DNA of 64,000 nt from an uncultured Gemmatimonadales bacterium (GCA_963795085.1 CAWCFX010000004.1:384001-448000); one strand, 5' to 3'; counted from the first letter of the stretch, positions 27,710-38,216 are shown. Program-made: numbers and translations. Notes: a model not told the origin generated them from the letters alone.

Positions 27710-29909
27710 GCTCCAGCGCCCCGCGGCGGCCGCAGGGAACCCCGCCATGCTGGCCGAGGTCCGGGCCGGGCTGGCCATGCCGCAGAAAGAACTCTCTCCC
27801 AAGTATTTCTACGATGCCCGCGGCTCCGAGCTGTTCGAGGAGATCACCGCGCTCGAGGAGTACTATCCGACCCGCACCGAGCGGGCGCTGTTGCGCCACC
27901 TGATGCCCTCTATCGCGCGGGAGACCCGGGCGGCCGCCCTGGTGGAACTGGGGGCCGGGAGCGCCGAGAAGAGCCGGATCATCCTGGATGCGATGCGGGA
28001 AGCCGGAACCCTCCAGGCCTGCATCCCTATCGATGTCAGCGCTGAATTCCTGGCCCGGACCGCTCGCCGGCTGCGGCAGGAGTACCCGGGCACCCGGGTC
28101 AGCCCGGCGGTCGCCGATATCACGGCGGCGCTCAATCTGCCGGTCTTTCCCCGCCCCGCGCTGTTCGCCTTCCTGGGCAGCACCATCGGGAACTTCGAGG
28201 ACGGCCCGGCGATCGCCCTGCTCAAGCGGGTCGCGGCGGCCATGCAGCCCGGCGACTGTTTCCTCCTGGGCGCGGACCTCGTCAAGGAGCGGCCGGTGCT
28301 GGAAGCCGCCTACAACGATGCCCGGGGAGTGACGGCCCGGTTCAATCTCAACATCCTGCGGGTCCTGAACCGGGAGCTGGGCAGCAACTTCGACGAGGCC
28401 GGGTTCCGCCACGAGGCCTTCTTCAACCCGGCGCAGTCGCGGATCGAGATGCACCTCATCGCCGGGGCGCGGCAGGTCGTGGAGATTCCCGGCCTGGGTG
28501 AGGTCCGCTTCCGCGCGGGCGAGACCATCCGCACCGAGATCAGCCGCAAGTTTACCCGCAGTGTGCTGGACGAGATGTTCGGCGAGGCGGGTCTCGCCAT
28601 CCAACGGTGGGATACCGATCCCCGGGGCTGGTACGCTCTCCTGACGGCGACCCTCGCGCAGCCGCGGCGTCGGCGGTGGATCACCGGGCGGGGACGCCGC
28701 GTGGCGGAGCTTCGGGATGACCTCCGGATCCGAGCCTTCGGGCTGGGCCGGGGCGGTGACGGCCCGGTGCCCGGTCGCATTGGGGTCGAAGTGGAGTTGA
28801 TCGCGCTCCGCGCCGGGGACCGGAAGCCGTGCCCCATCGAGGGCGCGGACCTGCACTCGCTCGGTTTTCTCCGGGCGTACGGCGGCCCGCTCGGCTGGGT
28901 CAGCGAGCGTTCGCCCAAGGGGACGCCGCAATTCCTGCTGCCGGGGCAGGGGACCCTCACGTTCGAACCGGGCGGACAACTGGAATTCAGTTCCGAGCCG
29001 GCATTGAGCGCCACCGGGGCATTGAGCACGCTGCGAGCCGTGGTGCCGCCTCTCATCGCGGCGGCAGGTGCCGCCGGCATCCAGCTGCTGGAGGCGGGGA
29101 TAGATCCGGTCAACGGCATTGAGGATGCCCCCCTCCAGCTCAAGGCCAACCGCTACGCCCGCATGGCGGAGTACTTCGCCGGGATCGGGCCGGCGGGCGC
29201 CCGCATGATGCGGCAGACCGCGGCCTTCCACTTGAACCTGGATTTTGGCGGGGAAAACATGCTGCGTTGGCGGGTGCTGAACGCGGCGGCGCCCTACCTG
29301 ACCGCGATCTTCGCGAACTCCCGCCGCTACGCCGGCGAACTGACGTCCGCCGCGAGCAACCGTGCGCTGGCGTGGCGGGGGCTCGACCTGGCCCGGACCG
29401 GCGTGCTGCCGGCCGGACCGGTGGCCGAGGACGAGTACCTGGATTTCGCGCTCGGCGCCCCCGCCATGTTGCTGGATCCGGTCGAGGGCCGCTACCCAGC
29501 CTTCGGAGAGTGCTGGGCGGCGGAACGGGTCACGCTGCACCAGTGGCACGAACACCTGACTACGCTGTTTCCCGAGGTCCGGCCCCGGGGCTACCTGGAA
29601 GTGCGGTGTATCGACGCGATGCCGTTCGAGTGGTACGCCGCGCCGGTCGCCCTGCTGGCGGGGCTCCTTTATGACCGCGCGACCCTGATCGCGGCCGACG
29701 ACCTGCTGGGATCGCCCCGTCCCGACCTGCTCGGCCGCGCCGCGTCAGCGGGGCTGGCAGATCCCGACATCGGCCGGCTGGCGCCGGACCTGTTCGCCCT
29801 CGGGCTGGAAGGGGCCGCGGCGCTGGGTGAAACGTTCCTGGCGCGAGCGGATCTCGAGCAGGCCCGCGAGTTTGCCGGCCGGTTTACCCAGCGGGGCAGG
29901 ACCCTCTGA
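27702..29909 (+). CDS. egtD: Fusion of histidine N-alpha methyltransferase EgtD and glutamate-cysteine ligase (EgtA/GCS2)
   Basis: N-half: KYFYDARGSELFEEIT, EYYPTRTE, ELGAGS, FLGSTIGN, AYNDARGVTA, TEISRKF. C-half: IGVEVE, TFEPGGQLEFS, MMRQTAAFHLNLD, HLTTLFPEVRPRGYLEVR. No stop codon between them. Confidence 0.88.
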   Translation: MDKLQRPAAAAGNPAMLAEVRAGLAMPQKELSPKYFYDARGSELFEEITALEEYYPTRTERALLRHLMPSIARETRAAALVELGAGSAEKSRIILDAMREAGTLQACIPIDVSAEFLARTARRLRQEYPGTRVSPAVADITAALNLPVFPRPALFAFLGSTIGNFEDGPAIALLKRVAAAMQPGDCFLLGADLVKERPVLEAAYNDARGVTARFNLNILRVLNRELGSNFDEAGFRHEAFFNPAQSRIEMHLIAGARQVVEIPGLGEVRFRAGETIRTEISRKFTRSVLDEMFGEAGLAIQRWDTDPRGWYALLTATLAQPRRRRWITGRGRRVAELRDDLRIRAFGLGRGGDGPVPGRIGVEVELIALRAGDRKPCPIEGADLHSLGFLRAYGGPLGWVSERSPKGTPQFLLPGQGTLTFEPGGQLEFSSEPALSATGALSTLRAVVPPLIAAAGAAGIQLLEAGIDPVNGIEDAPLQLKANRYARMAEYFAGIGPAGARMMRQTAAFHLNLDFGGENMLRWRVLNAAAPYLTAIFANSRRYAGELTSAASNRALAWRGLDLARTGVLPAGPVAEDEYLDFALGAPAMLLDPVEGRYPAFGECWAAERVTLHQWHEHLTTLFPEVRPRGYLEVRCIDAMPFEWYAAPVALLAGLLYDRATLIAADDLLGSPRPDLLGRAASAGLADPDIGRLAPDLFALGLEGAAALGETFLARADLEQAREFAGRFTQRGRTL

Positions 29910-30042
29910 CTTCTCTACCTCCGGGGAGGAGACTAGGTTGGTGGGCGCGGAGGCCAGGCCGCCATGCGCCACTTGCGGCCGGCCAGCAGCCGTCAGCCCG
30001 GGCCCATCCTCCGTCCTGAACCGACCTTTTCCTCCTGGTGCG

Positions 30043-30972
30043 ATGCGTAAATTTCTGCTCTGGCTCTCCGAACGTCCGGGCATTTTCAATTTCATAAAGC
30101 GGAATGGGCTGGCTCGTCGTTTCGCGTCCCGGTTCGTTGCCGGGGAGAACGTGGAAACGGCCATTGCCGCCGTGCGTGAAATCAACAAGAAGGACATCTC
30201 CGCGTCGCTGGACCTGCTGGGCGAGAGCGTTTCCAGGGAAAGCGATGCGGCGCACGCCCGGGACGAGTACCTGGGTATGCTGGAGCGGATCAGCGAGACC
30301 GGGGTCAACTCCAACGTCTCGCTCAAGCTCACCCAGATGGGCTTCGACATCTCGGAGGATGTCTGCCTCGCCAACATACGGGCGATCCTGGACCGGGCCC
30401 GGGCGCTGAACACGTTCGTCCGGATCGACATGGAAAGCTCGGCCTACACCCAGCGGACGCTGGATTTTTTTTATGACCGGCTGGGTCCCGACTATCAGCC
30501 GGTGACCGGGGTGGTGATCCAGTCCTGTCTTCGCCGCTCGGAGAAAGACATCGCGGATCTGGTCCAGCGCCAGGTCCGGGTCCGGATCTGCAAGGGGGCC
30601 TACCTCGAGCCGGCGGAGGTCGCCTTCCCCGACAAGTCCGACGTGGACCGTAATTATGTGACCCTGATGGAACGGCTGATGGAGTTCGGCAATTACCCCG
30701 GCATCGCCACCCACGATGAGACCATCATCGAGCACGCCAGGGAGTTCGCGCGGCGCAAGAACATTCCCGTCGAGCGCTATGAATTTCAGATGCTCTACGG
30801 GGTGCGCCGGGACCTCCAGGAGAAGCTCCGCAAGGCCGGCTATAACATGCGGGTATACATCCCCTTCGGGAGCCAGTGGTACCCCTATCTCATGCGCCGG
30901 CTGGCGGAGCGGCCCGCGAACATCGCCTTCATGCTGGGGAACATCATGAAGGAGTCGGTGCGGGGACGGTGA
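30043..30972 (+). CDS. Monofunctional proline dehydrogenase
   Basis: RFVAGE, DLLGE, SLKLTQMG, RIDME, RICKGAYLE, IATHD, EFQMLYG, YLMRRLAERPAN. Confidence 0.93.
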   Translation: MRKFLLWLSERPGIFNFIKRNGLARRFASRFVAGENVETAIAAVREINKKDISASLDLLGESVSRESDAAHARDEYLGMLERISETGVNSNVSLKLTQMGFDISEDVCLANIRAILDRARALNTFVRIDMESSAYTQRTLDFFYDRLGPDYQPVTGVVIQSCLRRSEKDIADLVQRQVRVRICKGAYLEPAEVAFPDKSDVDRNYVTLMERLMEFGNYPGIATHDETIIEHAREFARRKNIPVERYEFQMLYGVRRDLQEKLRKAGYNMRVYIPFGSQWYPYLMRRLAERPANIAFMLGNIMKESVRGR

Positions 30973-31283
30973 GCGAGGTCACGCTGGGCGGGTACATGGC
31001 CAAGCATGAGCGGGCGGCCGCCTTTACGGGCAGCGACGGCCAGCCCTACTCGGTGGGCATTTACCTTCCCGAGGATCCCAACGAGCGCGGCCTTTACGGG
31101 GCCGCGCTTCTGTTTGTGCGATGGTCGCCCCAGGGAGACCGGCCGGTGGGGCACGTGGAGACCGCGGTGCTCACCTGGGGCGCCACCCCGGAAGAAGCCG
31201 AGGGGCGGATCAAGAACCTGTCATTGTACGATGTCAAGGCGGCGCTTGACGAGGCGATAGCGGCGGCGCCGGGAGAGTGGTGA
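30969..31283 (+). CDS. Small hypothetical protein
   Basis: GTGA overlap with the proline dehydrogenase stop; globular-looking sequence (AFTGSDGQPYSV, LLFVRW, LSLYDVKAALD). Confidence 0.65.
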   Translation: MSEVTLGGYMAKHERAAAFTGSDGQPYSVGIYLPEDPNERGLYGAALLFVRWSPQGDRPVGHVETAVLTWGATPEEAEGRIKNLSLYDVKAALDEAIAAAPGEW

Positions 31284-31383
31284 GGGGAGTGAGAATTGAG
31301 AGAGGGGGCGCGGCCTCCATCGGTTTTCCCCGCCGTTCGGGTGAAGGGCCGGCGTCACTCGCCCGCTTTCCTGATGGAGGCAC

Positions 31384-32307
31384 ATGCACGTGAAGCCGGC
31401 ACCACTGACGCTCCGGGGCACCGTGCTCTCCCGGGACGGCTCCAACTACCGCGTGGCGACCCCCGCCGACGGGGAGGTGAAGGCCATCCTGCGCGGCAAG
31501 GTGAAGCGGGACGTGCCGCGGGTGGTGGTGGGGGACCGGGTGGAGCTGGACGGCGGCGGGGACGAGGGATACGGCATCGCCGCGGTGGAGGAGCGGCACT
31601 CCCTCCTGGAGCGGAGGATGCCGCATGGCCGGGGCGCCAAGCCGATCGCCGCCAACATCGATGAAGTCCTGGTGGTGACCGCCACCCGGGACCCGGCGCC
31701 GATCCCCCAGCTGCTCGACCGGCTGCTGGTCATTGCCGAGGTGAACAGCCTTCCCGCCGCCCTCCTGCTTAACAAGACCGATCTCGATCCCGGCGATGAA
31801 TTGGAGCGGAGGTTCGCGCGGGCCGGGTACCCGGTGCTCCGGGCCAGCGTCAAGCAGCAGGACGGGCTGGAGGCGATCCGCTCCCACCTGGCTGGACGAA
31901 TCACGGTGCTGACCGGCCCTTCGGGCGCCGGCAAGTCCAGCCTGGTCAACGCGCTGGAGCCGGACCGCCAGCTCCGGGTTGGCGCCATCAGCGAGCGCAG
32001 CCGCCGCGGCACGCAGACCACGGTATCGGCCCTGATGATCCCGCTCAGCGGCGGCGGGTTCCTGGTGGATACCCCGGGCTTCAGCGAAGTGGGCCTCTGG
32101 GGCGTGGTGCCGCGCGAGATGGCGAGCTGCTTTCCCGAGATGCGGGCGCTGATCGACGAGTGCAAATATCCTGACTGCAAGCACCTGATCGAGCCGGGGT
32201 GCGCGGTGCTGGCCGCGGTCAAGTCGGGCGACATCGCCCCCGACCGCTGGGAGAGCTATCGGCGGCTGCTGGCAGAGACGGAGGGCGAACCGAAGGAGTG
32301 GGAGTAG
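31384..32307 (+). CDS. rsgA: Ribosome small subunit-dependent GTPase A
   Basis: VVGDRV, AANID, NKTD, GPSGAGKSS, DTPGF, CKYPDCKHLIEPGC zinc finger. Confidence 0.95.
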   Translation: MHVKPAPLTLRGTVLSRDGSNYRVATPADGEVKAILRGKVKRDVPRVVVGDRVELDGGGDEGYGIAAVEERHSLLERRMPHGRGAKPIAANIDEVLVVTATRDPAPIPQLLDRLLVIAEVNSLPAALLLNKTDLDPGDELERRFARAGYPVLRASVKQQDGLEAIRSHLAGRITVLTGPSGAGKSSLVNALEPDRQLRVGAISERSRRGTQTTVSALMIPLSGGGFLVDTPGFSEVGLWGVVPREMASCFPEMRALIDECKYPDCKHLIEPGCAVLAAVKSGDIAPDRWESYRRLLAETEGEPKEWE

Positions 32308-32366
32308 CCTGTGCAGTCACGGCGGGCTCCATCGTCGTTCCCAGTATCCCTTGACCCCCGACCCAT

Positions 32367-33716
32367 ATGCCGACCCTTTCCCGGTCTATTCTACCGGCCT
32401 TGACTTCCCTTCTGTTGGTGGCCTGCAACGATCCTTCAGCTTCCCGCCTGCCCGGTGACTTCGAGATCCTCCAGGGACCGCCGTTGCGTGCGGCCCCCGG
32501 CCTCTTCCTCTTCGACACCCTCACGGTCCGCCTGGTTGACCAGCAGGGACTGCCGATCGGGGGACACGCCGTGGCCTGGGTGGTTCGCCAGGGCGGGGGC
32601 AGCGTCGTCCCGCTCCAGGACGAGACCGACGCGGATGGGCGGGCCCGGGCCCGCTGGTCCCTGGGCTCAACCTCCGGCGTCAACCAGCTCGAAGTGAGAA
32701 CCATCGATGGAGCGGTTGCCGTGACCTTCCAAATAACCGGCGAGGCATTCCGGGTGGACCAGCTGGATTCCGAGTATGGACTGGCCTGTGGCCTCCTCCA
32801 GGGGGACGCCTGGTGCTGGGGACAGGACAGCTGGGTCGAAAGCGAACGAGTGTCCGACCAGCCATCGGACATCTTTGTCCAGGACTTCAACGCCCCCGGC
32901 CTCGCGCTCGCGGGCCAGCAGTTGGTCGCGCTGGCCGTTGGCTGGCCGGGGGGGTGCGCGATTGATCTGGCAGGGCTGGTCCGGTGCTTCGCCCCAGGGA
33001 GCCCGCCCTACTCGGCCACGCCGTCGGTCCCGGTGATGCGGCAGCTTGCGGCCGAGCAAAGCGCGTTCTGCGGCGTGACTGTCGCTGATTCCACCGCGTG
33101 GTGCTGGAATTTCATGACCGGGACGGGTTCCCAGGTGCCCGGTTCGCCTGCGTTCCTGGACATTGACGTCTCGACCGGCAATTCGGGGCTGGCGACCTAT
33201 GGATGCGGGCGGCGGGTGGATTCCACGGCCGTCTGCTGGGGTGACGGCCCCCGGGGGAACGGCTCGCTGGTTCCGTCGGATACCATCGCACCGGTGAGTG
33301 GCGGACGGCGTTTCGCCCAGGTGTCGGTGGGGTGGGACTTCGCCTGCGGGCGTCTCGACAATGGCGAGCTCTGGTGCTGGGGCCAGAACGATCTTGGCCA
33401 GCTGGGCAGTCCGGGACAGCCATCCGCCGTGCCGGTCCTGGTGACCACCGGCGTCACCCTCGTAGCGGCCGCGGACCGGACCGGAATTGCGATCAGAAAT
33501 GGCAGCGTCGTGCGGTGGGGAGCGGACCAGTTTGGCTCGGCACTGGGTAGCCACCCCGGTTTGACGGGAATGCCCGTGACGGATTTCGCCGAAAGCGATA
33601 TCTCATGTGCCCGGCTGGCGGACCGGCAGGTGTACTGCTACGACGAGCTGTGGTTCGTATCAAGCAGTTTTGACGTGGACCGATACTCGCCGGTGCAGCC
33701 GGTCGTGGTCCCGTAG
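32367..33716 (+). CDS. Lipoprotein with Ig-like domain and RCC1-like repeats
   Basis: LLVAC lipobox; TDADGRARARWSLG; repeated C-W-G units (AWCWG, AVCWG, LWCWGQNDLGQLG). Confidence 0.78.
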   Translation: MPTLSRSILPALTSLLLVACNDPSASRLPGDFEILQGPPLRAAPGLFLFDTLTVRLVDQQGLPIGGHAVAWVVRQGGGSVVPLQDETDADGRARARWSLGSTSGVNQLEVRTIDGAVAVTFQITGEAFRVDQLDSEYGLACGLLQGDAWCWGQDSWVESERVSDQPSDIFVQDFNAPGLALAGQQLVALAVGWPGGCAIDLAGLVRCFAPGSPPYSATPSVPVMRQLAAEQSAFCGVTVADSTAWCWNFMTGTGSQVPGSPAFLDIDVSTGNSGLATYGCGRRVDSTAVCWGDGPRGNGSLVPSDTIAPVSGGRRFAQVSVGWDFACGRLDNGELWCWGQNDLGQLGSPGQPSAVPVLVTTGVTLVAAADRTGIAIRNGSVVRWGADQFGSALGSHPGLTGMPVTDFAESDISCARLADRQVYCYDELWFVSSSFDVDRYSPVQPVVVP

Positions 33717-33742
33717 ATATCCGGCGGGGCCCATGAGGCCCG

Positions 33743-34969
33743 CTACGGCATCCGCCCCGCCTTCTGCAAGGCCTCCACCACGACGCTGCCCGGCAGTCCC
33801 GGGACCCGTACCCCGTCGGAGCCTTCCATCGTCTCCGCCCCCAGCATCGCATTCACCACCGCCTCTTCCGTCGCGTCTATCGTGGCCCGGAAGAGCGGGT
33901 CCATCCGGGAATTGGGCCAGGAGTCGAGGGTGACGACCGAGTCCTGGTTGGCCCGGGAGTTTGCCGTCGAGAAGGCCAGGAAGAGGTCGCCGCTGAAATT
34001 GCTGGCCCAACTGCCCAGCCGGCCCAGCCCCATGCCGACCCGGCGGGTGAGCCGGGCCAGCTGGTGCGGCATCAGCGGTGCATCGGTCGCGACAATAACG
34101 ATGATTGAACTGCGGGCCCGGTCTTCCGCCCCGCGGCCCGGGCGGGTCCCCTGGTCGCCACACCGGGGCAGGCGATTCCACTGCCCACCCGGCAAGGTGT
34201 CGGTCGCCCGGCAGTATTCGTGCTCTGGTGGCGTCGGAATCGGGACCCCAAGGATGTGAAGATCGCCCCCGAAGTTGCACTGCACCAGCACGCCGACGGT
34301 GAACCCGCCCGCGCGGTCGGACAGCTTTCGCGACGAAGTACCGATGCCACCTTTCCAGTCGTTGCATCCCATCCCGGTCCCACCCCCGACGGCCCCCTCT
34401 ACGACGGGCCCGGGCCGGGCGGCGTCGAGCGCCGCATCCACGTGTTCCGGCTTGACGTGCTGTCCGTCCGGGTCGCTCAGGTAGTCGTACGTCTCCGCCA
34501 CCACCGGGTAGGTAAACCCGAACTTGCGGCCATTCCGCAACTGCCACTGGATGGACGCGTCCCGCACCGTCCCGACGCTATGGGTCCCGGTCAGCAGGAT
34601 GGGGCCTTCGAGAAATCCCGATTCGGCGATCCACTGGGTCCCGGTCATGTCGCCGTTGCCGTTGAGGGCGAACGTGGCGGCGAAAACGGGATTCCAGTCT
34701 CCCCGCGGCCGGGTGAGGATGGCCGTCACCCCGGTCCGCACCGGCCCCTGGCCCACGACCAGCTTTCCGGATCCCCGGATAATCGTCGCGTGGCCCACCG
34801 CGATGCCGGCCACATCGGTGATGGCGTTGTGGGGGCCTGGTGTTCCGGGGAACGGAATGCCGAGGTCGCGGCCGCGGGGCCGCGATTGGGCGGAGAGATC
34901 GGCTGGCGCCGGGCCGCCGTGGAGCAGGAGCGCGAACAGGACCAGGGAGCTCAACGGGGCGATTCGCAT
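33743..34969 (-). CDS. Secreted DmpA-like (P1/S58) aminopeptidase
   Basis: NAITDVAGIAVGH, VRTGVTAI, NGNGDMTG, GAVGGGTGM, KGGIGTSSR, SSIIVIVATDAPL, SGDLFLAFST. Confidence 0.9.
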   Translation of the reverse strand: MRIAPLSSLVLFALLLHGGPAPADLSAQSRPRGRDLGIPFPGTPGPHNAITDVAGIAVGHATIIRGSGKLVVGQGPVRTGVTAILTRPRGDWNPVFAATFALNGNGDMTGTQWIAESGFLEGPILLTGTHSVGTVRDASIQWQLRNGRKFGFTYPVVAETYDYLSDPDGQHVKPEHVDAALDAARPGPVVEGAVGGGTGMGCNDWKGGIGTSSRKLSDRAGGFTVGVLVQCNFGGDLHILGVPIPTPPEHEYCRATDTLPGGQWNRLPRCGDQGTRPGRGAEDRARSSIIVIVATDAPLMPHQLARLTRRVGMGLGRLGSWASNFSGDLFLAFSTANSRANQDSVVTLDSWPNSRMDPLFRATIDATEEAVVNAMLGAETMEGSDGVRVPGLPGSVVVEALQKAGRMP

Positions 34970-35272
34970 GGCTCTCTCTTTGCTGGGGGCCCCCCCCGAG
35001 AAGAATATCGGCGGCGGTGGCTGGAGTAGTGGCATCAGAAAAACTGGAGACGCTCACGAATAAATGCGGGTTGGGGACGCTGCAGCGCCATCCCGTTGCT
35101 GCCGGGCGAGAACGGATGCAACTGCCGTTCCTCATCCGGGCGTGCTCCGCGCCGGCCGTGGTGACGGCGGAGCGAGACCGGTGAACGGTACTTGGAGACG
35201 GGTTGCCGTGAGCAGGGCCGCACCGGTCACCCGGCCGGGCACGCCACCCGGCTCATCGGCGCCCGGTTCAGG

Positions 35273-35593
35273 TCAGGAGGGCCGCCGGGTCCAGCGGTCG
35301 GCATCGCGGTGCTCGACTTTGTGCATCATCCGGTCGAACGCCTCCTGCAGGTCGATCCCCTCCCGGTTCGCCATGCAGATCAAGACGAAGAGAATGTCGG
35401 CCATCTCCATTCCCAGGTCTCCCTCCGCCTCCTCTTTTTTCTTTGTCTTCTGGCCAAAACGGTGATTGACTTCCCGCGCCAGTTCACCCACTTCCTCCGC
35501 CAGCCGGGCGACGTTGGTCAACGGGTGGAAGTAACCTTCCTCGAACTGTCCGACCCAGTGATCGACCCGGGTTTGGGCATCGCGCAGGGACAT
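35273..35593 (-). CDS. MazG-like nucleotide pyrophosphohydrolase (YpjD-like)
   Basis: ARLAEEVGELAREVNH, EMADILFV. Confidence 0.88.
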   Translation of the reverse strand: MSLRDAQTRVDHWVGQFEEGYFHPLTNVARLAEEVGELAREVNHRFGQKTKKKEEAEGDLGMEMADILFVLICMANREGIDLQEAFDRMMHKVEHRDADRWTRRPS

Positions 35594-35641
35594 GGGGATA
35601 CCAGGGGCAAGGGGGCAAGAGGGCAGGGCTGGAACTTTCCG

Positions 35642-36205
35642 CTAGCGGTCCGCGCGCTTCCTTGCCACCGCCGGGGCTGGACGCTTCGCCTCGCCGAACG
35701 CCTGCACATACGCACGCATGAAGTCGGCCAGGTCGGCGACCCGGCGGGCCGAGATCAGGTTGCCGTCCACCACCACCGGTTTGTCCTCCCAGGTGAGCCC
35801 GGCGTTGACGACGTCGTCCCTGATGGCCGGCACACTGGTGCCCCGCCTGCCCTTGAGAATACCGGCCGAGATGGGCACCCAGCCGGCATGGCAGATGAAG
35901 CCAAGCGGCTTCCCCGCCGTGAAGATTTCCCGGGTGATGGCGAGCAGCTTCTCCGACCGGCGCATGACGTCGGGCGCGTAGCCGCCTGGAATAATGAGCC
36001 CGTCGAAGTCCCTGCTGTTCACCCGGGCTACGTCGGTATCGACGGTTATGGGATACCCGTGCTTCCCCTGGTACGTGGATTCGCCGGTTCCGGCGACCAC
36101 CGTCCTGGCTCCTTCCTCTTCCAGGCGGATCTTCGGATACCAGAGTTCCAGGTCCTCGTACAGGGGCCCGGCGAAGATCAGGATGGTCTTTCCCTTGAGT
36201 GACAT
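35642..36205 (-). CDS. PfpI/DJ-1 family protein
   Basis: YEDLELWYP, IIPGGYAPD, ICHAGW, VVVDGNLISAR. Confidence 0.9.
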   Translation of the reverse strand: MSLKGKTILIFAGPLYEDLELWYPKIRLEEEGARTVVAGTGESTYQGKHGYPITVDTDVARVNSRDFDGLIIPGGYAPDVMRRSEKLLAITREIFTAGKPLGFICHAGWVPISAGILKGRRGTSVPAIRDDVVNAGLTWEDKPVVVDGNLISARRVADLADFMRAYVQAFGEAKRPAPAVARKRADR

Positions 36206-36312
36206 GGCGGCCCGTTTCCTTAAGCAGCGGAAGGGTGTAAGCTACATGCGATTCCCCACGATCAAAGAGGGGCGCCGGAACGGCCCCGGTCCACCATCCA
36301 CGTCGAGTCCCA

Positions 36313-36561
36313 TTGCGCGCCAGGGAACGAATCCTCGAGAACCTCGAGTCCATCTACCGCGAAGGATACGACCGGGCCCGGCAAGATGGCCAGGATGCCC
36401 GGATGTCCGATCTCGAGAACGCCTATATGCGGGACCAGCTCATGCTGGAGATTCTCCTCGACATCCGGGACCTCTTCTCGGTTACGCCAGCGGCGCCCAC
36501 CTCCGGCTCCAGCGCCCTGGAAAAACTCGAAGCCATCCGCCGGCTCACCCGGTTCCGCTAA
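36313..36561 (+). CDS. Small helical hypothetical protein
   Basis: 82 aa; stop overlaps the next ATG (TAATG). Confidence 0.65.
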   Translation: MRARERILENLESIYREGYDRARQDGQDARMSDLENAYMRDQLMLEILLDIRDLFSVTPAAPTSGSSALEKLEAIRRLTRFR

Positions 36562-38216
36562 TGCGCTTTCGTCTCTTCGCCCTGCTGCTCGGCGCTTTCC
36601 CGGCCTGCGCCCAGGCCCCTTCGGCCGACCTCGTCGTTTTCGGCCGGGTCTGGACCGGCAACCCAGACCAGCCCTGGGCCGGCGCGGTGGCCGTCCGCGG
36701 CGATACGATCATCGCCGTCGGCGACAGCGCCGACCTCGCTGAGTACGTCGGCACCCAGACCCGACGGGTGGATAATGGCGCCGCCATGGTGGTCCCCGGC
36801 TTCATGGACGGCCATCTCCATTTCCTGAGCGGAGGCTACCAGCTCTCCAGCGTGGACCTCCGGATGAGCAGTACCCCGGCCGAGTTCATCGCGACGCTCA
36901 AGGCTTTTGCCGCGGAGCGGCGGCCCGGCGAGTGGATCCTGGGCGGCGACTGGGACCACGAACGGTGGGAAGGCGCGCCTCTTCCCAGGGCCGACTGGAT
37001 CGACTCCGTCACCCCGAACAACCCTGTCTTCGTGAGCCGCCTCGACGGTCACATGGCCCTGGCCAACAGCGCCGCGCTCCGGGCCGGGGGCATCACCCGC
37101 GGCACGGCCGACATTCCCGGTGGCGTCATCGTGCGCGATCCCAACGGGTCGCCCACCGGCGTGCTCAAGGACGAGGCCATGTCCCCGGTCTACGGCGTGG
37201 TGCCGGTCACCAGCGCGGAGCAGGACGATGCGGCGCTCACCCGTGCGATGGCCTTCGCCGCCTCCAAGGGGGTGACCGCCGCCGCCATGGTAAGCTCCCC
37301 CTGGAATGAACTGGCCGCCCTGGAGCGGGCCCGCAAGGCCGGCCGGCTCACGATCCGGGCCACGGTGTTCCCCCCCCTGTCGACTTGGCGGGCCGTTGCG
37401 GACTCGATGAAAGCCCGGGGCGGCCCCGGCGATGACTGGATCCGGCTGGCCGGTGTGAAAGGATATGTGGACGGCTCCCTGGGATCGAGCACTGCGCTCT
37501 TCTACGCCGCCTACAACGACGAACCCTCGACCCGCGGCATCTTCGTCACCCCCGAGGACTCGCTCCGGGCCCAGATCGGCGGCGCCGACTCGGCCGGCCT
37601 CCAGGTCGTGGTCCACGCCATCGGCGAGCGCGCCAACGGCGTCCTGCTCGACATCTTCGACAGCGTTGCCCGGGCGCACGGACCCCGCGACCGTCGTTTC
37701 CGGATCGAGCACGCCCAGCACCTCCGGCAGCAGGACATCAGCCGGATCGCCGCGCAGGGGGTCATCGCCTCGATGCAGCCGTACCATATCATCGACGACG
37801 GCCGCTGGGCTGAGAAGCGGATCGGGCCCGACCGGATCCGGACCACTTATGCGTTCCGGTCGCTGATCGACCAGGGCGCCCATCTCGCCTTCGGGTCCGA
37901 CTGGACGGTCGCACCGATCGATCCGGTGCTTGGCGTCTATTCCGCGATCACCCGGCGGACCCTCGATGGCAAACACCCGGAGGGGTGGGTGCCTGACCAG
38001 GCGATCACCCTGGACGAAACGCTCCGGTCGTACACTGCTGAAAACGCCTACGGGGTCTTCGCCGAACGGCGGCGGGGTATGCTCAAGCCGGGCTACCTGG
38101 CCGACCTGGTGCTCCTGTCGGAGGACCTGCGCCGGGTGGAACCCCCCGCGCTCGGAGAGGTAACCGTGCGGGCCACTATCGTAGGTGGCCAGGTCATCTA
38201 TCAGTCGCCGGAGTGA
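36561..38216 (+). CDS. Exported amidohydrolase (Amidohydro_3, YtcJ-like)
   Basis: PGFMDGHLH, KGYVDGSLGS, HAIGE, RIEHAQH, GSDW, GYLADLV. Confidence 0.9.
   Translation: MRFRLFALLLGAFPACAQAPSADLVVFGRVWTGNPDQPWAGAVAVRGDTIIAVGDSADLAEYVGTQTRRVDNGAAMVVPGFMDGHLHFLSGGYQLSSVDLRMSSTPAEFIATLKAFAAERRPGEWILGGDWDHERWEGAPLPRADWIDSVTPNNPVFVSRLDGHMALANSAALRAGGITRGTADIPGGVIVRDPNGSPTGVLKDEAMSPVYGVVPVTSAEQDDAALTRAMAFAASKGVTAAAMVSSPWNELAALERARKAGRLTIRATVFPPLSTWRAVADSMKARGGPGDDWIRLAGVKGYVDGSLGSSTALFYAAYNDEPSTRGIFVTPEDSLRAQIGGADSAGLQVVVHAIGERANGVLLDIFDSVARAHGPRDRRFRIEHAQHLRQQDISRIAAQGVIASMQPYHIIDDGRWAEKRIGPDRIRTTYAFRSLIDQGAHLAFGSDWTVAPIDPVLGVYSAITRRTLDGKHPEGWVPDQAITLDETLRSYTAENAYGVFAERRRGMLKPGYLADLVLLSEDLRRVEPPALGEVTVRATIVGGQVIYQSPE

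Noticed and set aside
26372..29909. Selenoneine (sen) or ovothiol cluster
   Set aside because: No SelD-like or SenB-like gene, and EgtB has no C-terminal methyltransferase; the gamma-Glu-Cys ligase fits ergothioneine.
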